DNA of 60,643 nucleotides, the filler included, from Catajapyx aquilonaris (Eukaryota): assembly GCA_000934665.2 (NCBI GenBank). It is 3 parts of 3 records of this genome, joined end to end, with 100 filler letters (N's around TTAATTAATTAA, not from the genome) between each part and the next. Parts side by side here need not be neighbours in the genome. Positions count along the whole stretch, not along the records: positions 1 to 20,139 come from JYFJ02006329.1; positions 20,240 to 40,409 come from KZ539515.1; 1 more part is not named here. One strand, 5' to 3'. The notes below the pieces were generated by a model that had not been told where the DNA came from, did no database searches, and was given only the letters and a program-made list of their open reading frames with translations. Position 1 is the stretch's first letter, and each line of letters begins with the position of its first letter. The position numbers and the translations under genes were made by a program. Shown here one piece after another: positions 12,701 through 22,748 of this stretch.

Positions 12701-12799
12701 CTATTGAACATTCACAGAGACATTCCAATCAACAAGAAGGACGTCATGGACATGTTTGCAATAATGAATAAGACACGGAAAAGGAAGTTGATCCTTTGA
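9799..12799 (+). CDS. hAT transposase (ZMYM1/P52rIPK-like, TTF zinc finger + DUF4371-like + dimerisation domain); predicted exons 9799-9831 and 10103-12799, ~909 aa
   Basis: Uninterrupted ORF to TGA 12797-12799. Motifs LYCKYC, FLARQGLPLRGH, FDETTD, GTDG, CFNH, TRW, ATAERTFSTLRRIKTWLRSTM. In-frame phase-0 GT-AG intron 9832-10102 supplies an ATG. Confidence 0.93.
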
Positions 12800-13251
12800 A
12801 TACTGCGAAGAGCTGAGTGTGTAAGTAGACTAGTAGTCAAGTAGTGTAACTGTCTATGTCATAAATACAATTTTGCTGTCAGATGTCAGAAAAGCTGTTT
12901 GTGACTTTGTGTTAACCCTGATTGTAGAAATTGCAGTTAAAAAATTAAAAATAACGGTTTTGTAATTTCAATTGAGTACTACTATCGCGTGAGGTGACTT
13001 TTCCACATAGAATTAATTCCCAGTTCGGCAGTTCTGATTCTTACGATTTATTATTATTATTATTATTTTTTTTTTTTCTTTAACACTGACTTGAAACTCC
13101 GATTTCCTCATCAAATACACACCCATTCAAATCTCCCAGTCACTTGCATTCACCTAAACTTGTGTGACCTTGAACCCCCCCAAAAAAATCGCCTGCGGCG
13201 AGCTTTTCCGCCCCCCCCATTAGCGGGGCCTAAAACCGCCACTGGGTAGAA

Positions 13252-15558
13252 GTGGTGCGGAGGCTGGAAGAGGTAGGGCTCCGTGCCAACAAGGGGAAGT
13301 GCGTTTTTGGAGTAAAGAAGGTGCAGTTCCTGGGGTTCGAGGTAGATGAGGAGGGGGTCCACCCAGTAACGGAGAAGGTCAGAGCGATCACGGACGCCCC
13401 AGAGCCCCAAAATAAGCAGCAGCTCCAGGCGTGGCTGGGGTTAATGAACTTTTATAGCTGCTTCATGGCCAACAAGGCCACGACATTGGAGCCCTTACAC
13501 AGACTACTGGACGCAAATGTGAAGTGGAAGTGGACGCAGGAGCAGCAGCAGGCATTCGAGGCAGCTAAGCGGCTGGTGACGTCGGAAGCAGTACTGGTGC
13601 TCTGCGATGGAGAACAGGATCTTCGGCTGGTGTGCGATGCAAGCCAGTATGGCGTGGGAGCTGTGCTGGCCCAAATGGACGAGCAGGGAAGAGAGGCCCC
13701 TGTATATTTCGCATCTCGCACCCTGTCAGCAGCCGAAAGGAATTACAGCCAGCTGGATAAAGAGGCGTTGGCGGTTATGTTTGGCATAACCAAGTTCCAC
13801 CAGTATGTATATGGGAGGAACGTGCGGATATTCACGGACCACAAGCCATTGCTGGGCCTGTTAGACCCGCATAAGCCCATACCCCTAACGGTGTCGCCGC
13901 GGGTGATGCGGTACCGGACAAAACTTGCAGGGTATGCCTATGAGCTAGCATACCGGCCAGGGAAAGATGTGGGGAATGCCGACGCACTCAGCCGCCTGCC
14001 TCTTCAACAACCTGAAGCGGCCGTGGAAGAACCAACAACAGTCTTGCTGTTGGAGACCGATTCTGGGCTTCCACTGGCGGCGCAGAAGATTGCGGAGTCC
14101 ACAAAGGAGGACGGGGCCCTGAATCGGGTGCTGGAATGGACAAAGGAAGGCTGGCCGAAGGGGCAAGTAGAAGTGGGGCACCTACCGTTCCAGCAGCGGA
14201 AGTTGGAGCTGGCGGAACAGCGTGGATGTCTGGTGTGGGGTGACAGGGTGGTAATCCCGCTGACTCTACGAGAAGAGGTGCTGCAGCTACTCCATGCAGG
14301 CCATCCGGGCATAGTACGGATGAAGGGATTGGCGAGGAGCTATGTGTGGTGGCCCGGTATAGACAAGGAGGTAGAGAAGAAGGTAGCGCTGTGTACCATC
14401 TGCCAAGCCACGTGGAACAACCCGCCGAAGGCGCCGGCGCAGGCATGGCCATGGCCGGGCCGAGCATGGGGACGTATTCATGTGGACTTTGCTGGGCCAT
14501 ATGAAGAAAAGACATTTTTAGTTGTGGTGGACGCCTTCTCCAAATGGCTTGAGGTCATTATAGTCCCATCCATGGCCACACCAGTGGTGGTGAAAGTACT
14601 GCGGAGGTTGTTTAGCTCGCACGGGCTACCAGATGTCCTAGTAAGTGACAATGGCACGAGCTTCACAGCGGAGGGGTTTGCGGCGTTCATGGAGAAGAAC
14701 CAGATTATTCATAAGTTTGCTCCGCCATACCACCCAGCATCGAATGGGCAAGCTGAACGCTATGTCCGCGAGACAAAGCTAAATTTGAAGAGGGTGCTCG
14801 TAGGCGACTGGGAAGCTCGACTGAGCCGGTTCCTACTACATCAGAGATCGAGTCCCTGTACTGCAACAGGAGAAACACCGGCGGAGCGGCTGATGAGGCG
14901 GAAGTTGACCACGATGCTGGACCGCCTCATTCCAGTAAAGGAAGCACTTGCGGGTGAGGGACCTGAGACCAACACGGGCCGCCAGTTCGCAGTAGGGGAT
15001 GCGGTATATGCCAGGGGGTATAGGGGCCAACAGAAGTGGGTAGCGGCAGTGGTGAAGAAGAAGGAGGGGTCTCGTCTGTACGTGGTGACGACCCCGGATG
15101 GGCGAGAGTGGTCAAGGCACATTGACCAACTCCGTAGGCGACAGGTGAGTGGCGAAGCTGGCAGCCTGCAAGAGTTGGTCCCAAGGGATGGGGACCATCT
15201 GGAGGTGGGTGCCACGCCGAGGGCCACTCACTGGGGGGCAGCAGGAGAGGGGGCCAAGGTGGACCAAGAAGGTGCAGCTGGGGCCAAGGCTGACCAAGAG
15301 GGGGCAGCAGAGCCTGGGGCCAGCCGAGATGGGGCAACTGGACCTGGGGTCATTCCAGAGGAGGACAGCGACCGGAGGGGAGCAGCCGTTCTGGAGGGCC
15401 CGCCTGGTAGAGCCAGCAGCCAAGGAGAGGGCGCTGCGGGGAGCAAGCGGAGGAAAGCGGCCATGGTGGATGGTGCGCCTAGAGGGGCCAGGCAGCCTGG
15501 GGGCCAGATGGGGCGACCCAAGCGAACCGTCAAGCAGCCGGAGAAGCTAAACTTGTAA
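13252..15558 (+). CDS. Gypsy pol C-terminal part: RT thumb, RNase H, integrase
   Basis: 768-codon open frame. RNase H LVCDAS, YSQLDKEALA, FTDHKPL. Integrase H-x-x-HPG...CTIC, HVDFAGP, VSDNG, NGQAER. Confidence 0.93.
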   Translation: MVRRLEEVGLRANKGKCVFGVKKVQFLGFEVDEEGVHPVTEKVRAITDAPEPQNKQQLQAWLGLMNFYSCFMANKATTLEPLHRLLDANVKWKWTQEQQQAFEAAKRLVTSEAVLVLCDGEQDLRLVCDASQYGVGAVLAQMDEQGREAPVYFASRTLSAAERNYSQLDKEALAVMFGITKFHQYVYGRNVRIFTDHKPLLGLLDPHKPIPLTVSPRVMRYRTKLAGYAYELAYRPGKDVGNADALSRLPLQQPEAAVEEPTTVLLLETDSGLPLAAQKIAESTKEDGALNRVLEWTKEGWPKGQVEVGHLPFQQRKLELAEQRGCLVWGDRVVIPLTLREEVLQLLHAGHPGIVRMKGLARSYVWWPGIDKEVEKKVALCTICQATWNNPPKAPAQAWPWPGRAWGRIHVDFAGPYEEKTFLVVVDAFSKWLEVIIVPSMATPVVVKVLRRLFSSHGLPDVLVSDNGTSFTAEGFAAFMEKNQIIHKFAPPYHPASNGQAERYVRETKLNLKRVLVGDWEARLSRFLLHQRSSPCTATGETPAERLMRRKLTTMLDRLIPVKEALAGEGPETNTGRQFAVGDAVYARGYRGQQKWVAAVVKKKEGSRLYVVTTPDGREWSRHIDQLRRRQVSGEAGSLQELVPRDGDHLEVGATPRATHWGAAGEGAKVDQEGAAGAKADQEGAAEPGASRDGATGPGVIPEEDSDRRGAAVLEGPPGRASSQGEGAAGSKRRKAAMVDGAPRGARQPGGQMGRPKRTVKQPEKLNL

Positions 15559-15578
15559 TAGTGTACTACATTGCTTAT

Positions 15579-15586
15579 GGGGGAGG
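15579..15586 (+). promoter_or_regulatory. Polypurine tract
   Basis: GGGGGAGG directly before the 3' LTR TGT. Confidence 0.8.
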
Positions 15587-15700
15587 TGTTGTGTGGCAGA
15601 GACCTCTGGAGGAGGGCACTTGTATGGATGGTATAGTTGCAATAAAGCCAGTGTAGTCAGAGAGCCCATGGTGAATGGTTGATCAGTGACAAACATAACA
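15587..15700 (+). repeat. 3' LTR (114 bp, 37-bp deletion relative to the 5' LTR)
   Basis: Matches the 5' LTR apart from the deletion after TGTTGTGT and one C/T difference. Confidence 0.95.
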
Positions 15701-15822
15701 CTAACCTAACCTAACCATACCATACCTAACCTACCCTAACCTAACCTAACCTAACCATACCATACCTAACCTACCCTACCCTTACCTAACCTACCGTAAC
15801 CTAACCTACCCGACCCTACCTA
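15701..15822 (+). repeat. Degenerate (CCTAA)n / CCTAC / CCATA pentamer array (TTAGG telomere-type on the minus strand)
   Basis: Visible tandem pentamers; three more units lie at 6661-6675. Confidence 0.9.
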
Positions 15823-18199
15823 TCCTAGGCTGAGAAAAATGCACTTTTGCAAAACCCTACATAACGGAATTGTGGGGACATGTCCCCACTGAAGCAGTAT
15901 CCCACCATGCGTTTTTGCTGTGGGGACGCGAAATGTCCCCACAATTTGGAGCATGTTCCCAGAGCTACAGTCAAAACACCAACCTTGGTCCCCAGACCCT
16001 ATGCGAGACCTGAACACACGTTACTCACAGTACAACACCGGGGCCCAACGCCCAAGGCCCCTCAGAACACAGCCCACGGGCAGAGGCCACCTTCACCCAA
16101 CCTCTCCCTAGCCTGTCCAACCTCAGTCTGTTTCTTTGTCTCACACACCCTCACCCTACAGTACATCCCGCAATCCTCCGCCAGGTGGCTCCCTTATCAG
16201 TGCCCAACCATAATGCCCAAAGGCACCCCTTGACACGGAAGTTCTCTGGCGGCATGGCCCAAACAGGTGAAGGGCATGCCACAGTGCCCCCCTCATTAAG
16301 GAAAAGGCGGGTCGTACCTTACCAACAAACTTTCACAACAAATTGGCAAACGAAAAAAAAATAATCACTACAAAACTCAGAAAACATTAATCTTAACATT
16401 GAAACAGTGGCGGGGGGAGGGAGATGGGAGAAGGAAAGGACACTATAGTGTTCGTCAAAAGTGCCGGTCAACTGATGTTGTCGTCCTGGAGACGTCAGCT
16501 GGTCTGCATGATGACCCTCTGCAGGGGCTGGTGAAGAGAAGCATGGCACCAATGTCGACGGAGGATTCCCGTGCACTTCTTCAGCTGGCAACCGCCGCAC
16601 CGGCAACACCTCCAGCAGCCACTCATCCTGAGCCATGGTCAAGTCCAGCCTCTCCAATGCGTGCACAGGTAACTCCTCTGGCCCCAGCACCAATGGCCAC
16701 GTACCCCAGCATCACACCTATGCGCCGCGCCGGCCCACAGACGTCACCAAAGTCTGCAAGGCCGCAGACACCACGTGCACAAGGCACCTCTTCTTGTACT
16801 GTACCACGGTCACCTCCCATGCACCGTGGCCACCACCACTGACTGTCCACCACCCCATCAGGCAGGAACTGTCCTTCATTCAGCACAAAACGGACCACCA
16901 GGCCGAAGAGGATCACGTATAGGGAGGGATGGGCAGGGGAAGAAAAAGGATAGGTAACGCCACAAAAAAAAACTTACACATGGGTTCAAAAGTCTCCAAA
17001 GGCGATTGGCGGGCTCTTCAAGTTCTCCAAACGGGCACACTCCCGGAAAAAAATCACATCAAAATCACACTGTTACAAAAAAAATTCAAAAGCCCAACCA
17101 ATCTGAAGAGTTGCTCACAACAAACAAAAAACACAGGTGCATTGCCAGCAACTCCGGACAGAGAACGCTCTCATTCAAGCAATAAGAGGAACCCCCCATT
17201 ACCAAAAAACTGGCCAAAAAAGGCAAAACGCCCCAAAAAGGAGGAGGGGGCATGCCCTATTGAAAACATACCGCCCTCTGCTTCATTCATTAACCTGAAA
17301 CGAAGAAGCCAAGGTTTCCACAGCTCTTCAAAAAAACCCGCCAGTGCCCGTTAACCCTAAAACAGACACCAGAAGGAACAACAATACTCCACCATATGCC
17401 TCTTCAAGCAAAATGACAATATAACTCAGGAAGGTTTAATCCACTAAAGAAATGGACGTCGTGGACCATCCTGATTTTTCTGGGTGACACAATCACGTCA
17501 TCCAAACAACCAAACCAGCTCTTTGGGGATGCACTTCACACCCCATCGATCCAACCTGGGAAAGTACCGTCTGTACCTCATCTGCCATTTCCCAAATTAC
17601 TTTGGGTCCATTGTTGCCAACCTAGGACCAGAGGAAAGGGATATTTTCCGAACCACCTCCGCTAACTGGCCCTTGTTGCAATTGCAAGTGAATTCACCCA
17701 ATTCACGCTTAACGCAACAGCCAGCGCTACGGTCAGCGAGGTTCACCTGACCCAAGCCTTCAACGGACATCACCGTAGAAGCAGGTCCATGGCTGCCAAC
17801 GTGAAGGTTGCTGCTAAGCACGACGCGACGGCCGCTTCAAGCAAACTATCACATGGCTGGGGCATTGTTGTCAACTGCACCCGGTCCGTCCACCCTCTCT
17901 CAAGAGGTGGCGAATGCACAACAATGTCCCCTTGATTGTTCCCACAACAATCAGGATTGGGAGGAGGGGGGTTTCCACCTGCTGCCTGCTCCATCCCGCG
18001 CTCCCCTGGGCAGCGAGGACTGGTCTCACACGGACTTACACACGGTGGGGGTAGAGTTGGGAGGGATTCAGGATCTGCAGTTTCGGCTGCGCCTTGCGCA
18101 CCGGGGTCAACTGCAGGGAGAAGGGATGGGGAAGAAATGTCGGCCCCAGCTGACCAGCACTGCCCACGTAGCACAGATGAAAAGGAGGCCAAAACGGGA

Positions 18200-18740
18200 A
18201 CCGACATTGGTCCAACACAGTAACACCGGGCGAATGTCGGCCGATCAAGGCAACCTTGGCCCCAATATTGTACCAACACAGAATCCCGTCCCAACTCCGC
18301 AGTCCTAGTCATCCATCCCAAAGCCGTCCCATGCCGCTGTTGGTACCAATGTCGGGCCGATGTCGTGAAGGTCGGCAATTGTCGGCCGACTTAGCCAGTC
18401 TGTGGCCAATCTTGGCCGAATGCTGGGTGCCGACCTATTCCCGACCTAAGTCCGCCTGATGGCAGCCAGTCTGTCGCCAATCTTGGCCGAATGTTGGGTG
18501 CTGACCTATGCCCAGTGGCGGATTAGCCATAACCCAGGCAGCACAAAAAACGGCCCATGATTGGCACGATATTGGTCGCGAAACTGGGTATAGCTTGGCC
18601 GATCTAGCCGGTTTACGGCCAATGTTGGCCCTAAAACGGCAGCCGATCTAACCCCGATGTGACTTCTAAGGAAGCACTGAGGCTATTACCGGTCTAAGGC
18701 CTATGTTGGCCCTAAAACGGCAGCCTATCTAACCCCGATC
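18200..18740. repeat. Short direct/inverted repeat cluster resembling CMC/EnSpm-type subterminal repeats
   Basis: Repeated TGTCGGCCGA motifs, duplicated GCCAATCTTGGCCGAATG and ATGTTGGCCCTAAAACGGCAGCC units, CCCAGGCAGCACA terminus-like motif at ~18532. Confidence 0.5.
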
Positions 18741-19555
18741 ATGACAGTTTCCCGCGTCGAGATGGCGCTGCCGTCGGATTGTCTTCATTTATAAATGGCT
18801 ATAGGATTCCGTTGAATTCAGATGCCCACAGCCACTTGCGCAACATTAAAGAGAATTAATCCTTGAGGACCAGGTACCTGTGCAAATAAGAGCATGCCAT
18901 AGGAGTAACTCTCACTGTAACTTGAACGCCAATAGCTGTTTTCTCCTGGACCTGTGACCTGCTCGCTTATAAAATGTACACTCGCTAAATATACCAACTT
19001 ATGAAGAAGTGCACAAGACCTGCGTCCGAAGTTTTTGCTTTCAATTTTACATTTCCTGGCTCAACGTAATAACGGGAGTTCATTTGCAATTTTATCAAGC
19101 CTTTATTTGACTTCAGTCTCTCTTCCAATTTGCATTAAGGTACAAAAATATTCCTTTAGTGTAGCAGTCTTTTTACATCTCTGTTGCAGAGGAACCATTT
19201 TATCACAACAAAATCCTGCATCACTTATCAAAAGCATTGTACTAATTATTATTTTCATCACAGAATGGTACAGGCATCATAGTGGGTGACAATCAGTGAC
19301 ATCAGCACTATTAGACAAAAACATGTTTACCACATCTATAATGTGATCAGCCTTTAAGAATAGCACAGCCTTTCGAGATGACTATAATGAGGGTTTTAAA
19401 AATATAAAACACCTTACACCTAACTGGAATGCCATCAGGTACTGTATCACTGTATTTAAAAGTAATTGAAAAGGCTTAACATCTAACTGAAATGCACAGT
19501 AACGGACAGAATGTTAATAGAATTTTAATGACACCAGGTGTGTTGGCTGCCAAAC

Positions 19556-20139
19556 TTAATCCATTTTCCTCTGTGCTTCCTGCTTCTTTGGTCCGTGGTG
19601 GCAACGTCGGCAGCAGGTAACCTTAGGCTTACGGTAGAAGAGTAGCAGGATGCACATGAAGATTATACCACCGGCTAGTTTCAATGTCAGTAGGTAGTCC
19701 TGCGCCAACTGCTCTGCTGCATCCCAGATATGGGTAATACTGGAATGTCAAGATTGGTAACATTATCATTGGACATCTCGTTATGCTATCAGAAGCATGC
19801 AACGGTTGGTACCTGAACTATCAAATGTTGATATGAATTTGTACAAAACTGTTTTGTCTACCAGCTGATAAACTGCATAAGATACTCACAGTGTGGTCCA
19901 TGGGTCTGGAATGTCTTCAGCAGGCAAGTCCTTGAGCCAGTATGTCACAAACGAGATTAAGGAATGAATATCATACTTCTGAGGATTGTAACGATACATG
20001 TTTCCAGAGTCGTACCTGACGGTGCAAGTGTTTCTTAAGTAGCATGCACCAATATTAATCACAGAGAAATAAGCTACAAAGCATCTTACAAGATGATAGT
20101 AGGGTACTGATCTATGTTGAATCGACGTCCAGTGACAGT
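19556..20139 (-). CDS. 3' exons of a membrane-anchored thioredoxin-domain protein (exons >20139-20090, 20015-19890, 19739-19556)
   Basis: My spliced translation: GRRFNIDQYPTIIL-YDSGNMYRYNPQKYDIHSLISFVTYWLKDLPAEDIPDPWTTL-ITHIWD...LKLAGGIIFMCILLLFYRKPK...RKMD*. GT-AG introns with consistent phase; C-terminal TM helix. Confidence 0.75.
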
Positions 20140-20239
20140 NNNNNNNNNNNNNNNNNNNNNNNNNNNNNNNNNNNNNNNNNNNNTTAATTAATTAANNNNN
20201 NNNNNNNNNNNNNNNNNNNNNNNNNNNNNNNNNNNNNNN
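20140..20239. other. Artificial 100-bp spacer (N44-TTAATTAATTAA-N44)
   Basis: Six-frame stop linker centred in Ns; identical to 40410-40509. Confidence 0.95.
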
Positions 20240-21026
20240 CCGGGATTATCCTAGGAAGACTGTGGAGAACTACAGAAAATCATGGTCAGGATCGTCGGCC
20301 ACAGGATTCGAACCTAGGACCTCCCGATTAGCAGTCGGACACCTTATTCACCATGCCAACCTGCTTCCGTGACCAGGACAGACTGTGCCCACCTCATAAA
20401 CTGGCAGGTCTTCCAAACCAGGCAGGTCTTTGGGGTAGGAGGCAGACAAAGAGGGAGAGAGAGACCAGTACTTCCTCGCCTCTTTTTTCTTTTCGTTTCT
20501 GCCTCCATCACCTATGTTTCACATTACAGTCAGCAGATAGCCTTAATTGCTTGTTTCTTTATTACTCAAGCAAATCAAAAATCTTCCATACTCCCTTCCT
20601 GGGAAGATCTTATCTTCAATCTGCATGATCTTATTATATGTCCCTGTGAAGAACAGGTACCGCTGCAGGTGAGCACATAACATGCACACACACAATCCAC
20701 CCATCAGAAAAGGTCAATGCAGTGTATTCAATCAAAAAACATTAGGAGTAGGATAACAATGTGTGTTCGAATGTGGTTTCCCACATGGATTAACATATTC
20801 GGCAAAATGTGATGCATTATCAGGTGGGAAAAAAATATTCAACTTGACCCATAATTGGACAGTGTTATGCAATAATGAGTCAACCTACATGAGAACAGTT
20901 TTGAGAAAAAGGACTTTGAAGGTCATACCTGTGAAATTAATTCAGTGTTCTTTTCGGTCATTTATGACAGAAGTATGAAGATTTCACCAGCGTGATTTTA
21001 ACTGAATGAAGTAGGATCCTCTAGGT

Positions 21027-21289
21027 CAGTGGTTCTTAAACTTTTTGCTGTCACACCTCCCTTGGGAAAGACCTTATGACCTACACCTCCCATGTTTCCG
21101 GCCGTGAGGGCAGAAGTTATTAATACTAGATGGTGACATACTTGTAGTTCTCCATCCCTGGACATTCTAGAATTTTGTGTACATAAAATGTGGATAAAAC
21201 TATTCCTAGTTTTGTGATAACTCACATCTCCGCTGGAGTCTGTCTACACCTCCCCAGGGGAGATGTACCCCACTGTTTAAGAACCGCTG
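21027..21289. mobile_element. hAT (Charlie-like) MITE
   Basis: TIRs CAGTGGTTCTTAAAC / GTTTAAGAACCGCTG; 8-bp TSD CTCTAGGT / CTCTAGGA. Confidence 0.8.
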
Positions 21290-21536
21290 CTCTAGGAAGG
21301 TTCCTGGGCTTAGCTCAATTTTGACATTTTTGTGGGTTGACAAATTATTGCATAACATAGTCCTATTCCAGTGCAGTGTGGGGTAGGCACAGTGGCAGGC
21401 AAGGTTTAGGTCATTCCATACTGCCATCTCCAGAGGTCCCAAGATCAAAGCCATGTTATCAGTTTTTTAAACAATAGCACACTGGTTATCCTAGTGGCTG
21501 ATAACTTATTATTTAGCATATACGATAATGTTCATG

Positions 21537-21957
21537 GGGGCCGTCCATAATCCGCGCAGACAAGTGAAGGGGGAAAGGGGGGTTGCACTTTGTCCGCTTT
21601 TGTTCGTACAGGGGGGTGGGGGTAGAAGTCNNNNNNNNNNNNNNNNNNNNNNNNNNNNNNNNNNNNNNNNNNNNNNNNNNNNNNNNNNNNNNNNNNNNNN
21701 NNNNNNNNNNNNNNNNNNNNNNNNNNNNNNNNNNNNNNNNNNNNNNNNNNNNNNNNNNNNNNNNNNNNNNNNNNNNNNNNNNNNNNNNNNNNNNNNNNNN
21801 NNNNNNNNNNNNNNNNNNNNNNNNNNNNNNNNNNNNNNNNNNNNNNNNNNNNNNNNNNNNNNNNNNNNNNNNNNNNNNNNNNNNNNNCCGCAAAGGGGAG
21901 GGGGGGGGGGAGGTAAAAAAGTGACGAAATCTGTCCGCGCGGATTATGGACGGCCCC
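21537..21957. mobile_element. PIF/Harbinger-like MITE spanning an assembly gap
   Basis: TIR GGGGCCGTCCATAATCCGCGC at both ends; 3-bp TSD ATG; N-run 21631-21887 inside. Confidence 0.75.
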
Positions 21958-22353
21958 ATGTGTTCAGTAGCAGTCTTACAGTGGGGGAGGGAGTGCCAAA
22001 CTTACCCGTCCCCCCAAACTGCGTGGAAGTCCATGCAATAATGCAGTTTGAACTTGATGTTGCATGGAATGACTATACTACTGCATATGCTACATGCATA
22101 TCATAAATCATAAACCACTCTTGATATGGATGACAGATTGATTCCTCAACATACAGTTGGCCAATATTCATTGAACAAAATGAAATCTTTAGATACCTAT
22201 TCCCTAATTATTATTCCTGCAGACACAAGCACTGGAGCAATTAATCAATTCGGTGATTGGTCCACATGGAGACCACAGACTAGGATGAACCACCAAAACA
22301 AGAGGCACCAGTGTAGCTACATAATGTGTATTACCAAGAGGAGTGGTATAATA

Positions 22354-22354
22354 C

Positions 22355-22420
<66 letters not shown>
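22354..22420 (+). repeat. (AAT)n microsatellite
   Basis: About 22 perfect AAT units. Confidence 0.97.
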
Positions 22421-22461
22421 CCGGGTAGTGCTTGACCTCATCTGAGGTATATAGCACGGAC

Positions 22462-22748
22462 ATTTATTTTATACTAATACATACATCGGAACCTTTATAC
22501 GTAACGCCCGGGCCCACGGGCAGGATGACAGGAGGGGATGTGCAAGGTGCAGTGCAATGTCTTTATGTGGCCATTTTTAGTGAACTCCCCCGGGTGGTTT
22601 AGTCTGTAGGAAATACCACCCGAGACGAAGCCAGAGGTGACCCAATGAACTCTGCACGAGATGAAGGGGGTGTCCCCGGGCTGGGATCGAACCCGGGACC
22701 TTAACATCCGTGGGCGCATACGTTACCGCAGTACCACTCCGCCTCCCA
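22462..22748 (-). mobile_element. tRNA-derived SINE
   Basis: Pol III B-box GGTTCGATCCC with upstream A-box-like motif; A-rich tail. Boundaries approximate. Confidence 0.65.

Larger units (their letters stand above)
9151..13244 (+). mobile_element. Complete hAT DNA transposon (4094 bp) inserted in the Gypsy RT
   Basis: 14-bp TIRs CAGTGGCGGTTTTA (9151-9164 / 13231-13244); perfect 8-bp TSD GGTAGAAG (9143-9150 / 13245-13252). Removal restores ERLVEVVRRLEE. Confidence 0.97.
6676..15700 (+). mobile_element. Full-length Ty3/Gypsy LTR retrotransposon (Mag-like clade)
   Basis: Two short TGT...ACA LTRs, PBS, PPT, CTAAC 5-bp flanking duplication (6671-6675 / 15701-15705), domain order gag-PR-RT-RH-INT, two CCHC-type knuckles. 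Confidence 0.96.
6461..18520. mobile_element. Unclassified element with (CCTAA)n telomere-type repeats, split by the Gypsy insertion (pieces ~6461-6675 and ~15701-18520)
   Basis: Helitron homology stops at ~6460. The CCTAA array continues on both sides of the Gypsy. GTGGGGAC/GTCCCCAC motifs surround the array. Right boundary uncertain. Confidence 0.45.

Noticed and set aside
7118..15550. Numerous overlapping or antisense ORFs in the Gypsy and hAT
   Set aside because: Shadow frames of GC-rich coding sequence with no recognisable motifs.
15701..15822. True chromosome end
   Set aside because: The array is short, degenerate and flanked by complex sequence on both sides.
21513..22106. ORFs containing long X runs
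   Set aside because: Artefacts of translating through the N gap.
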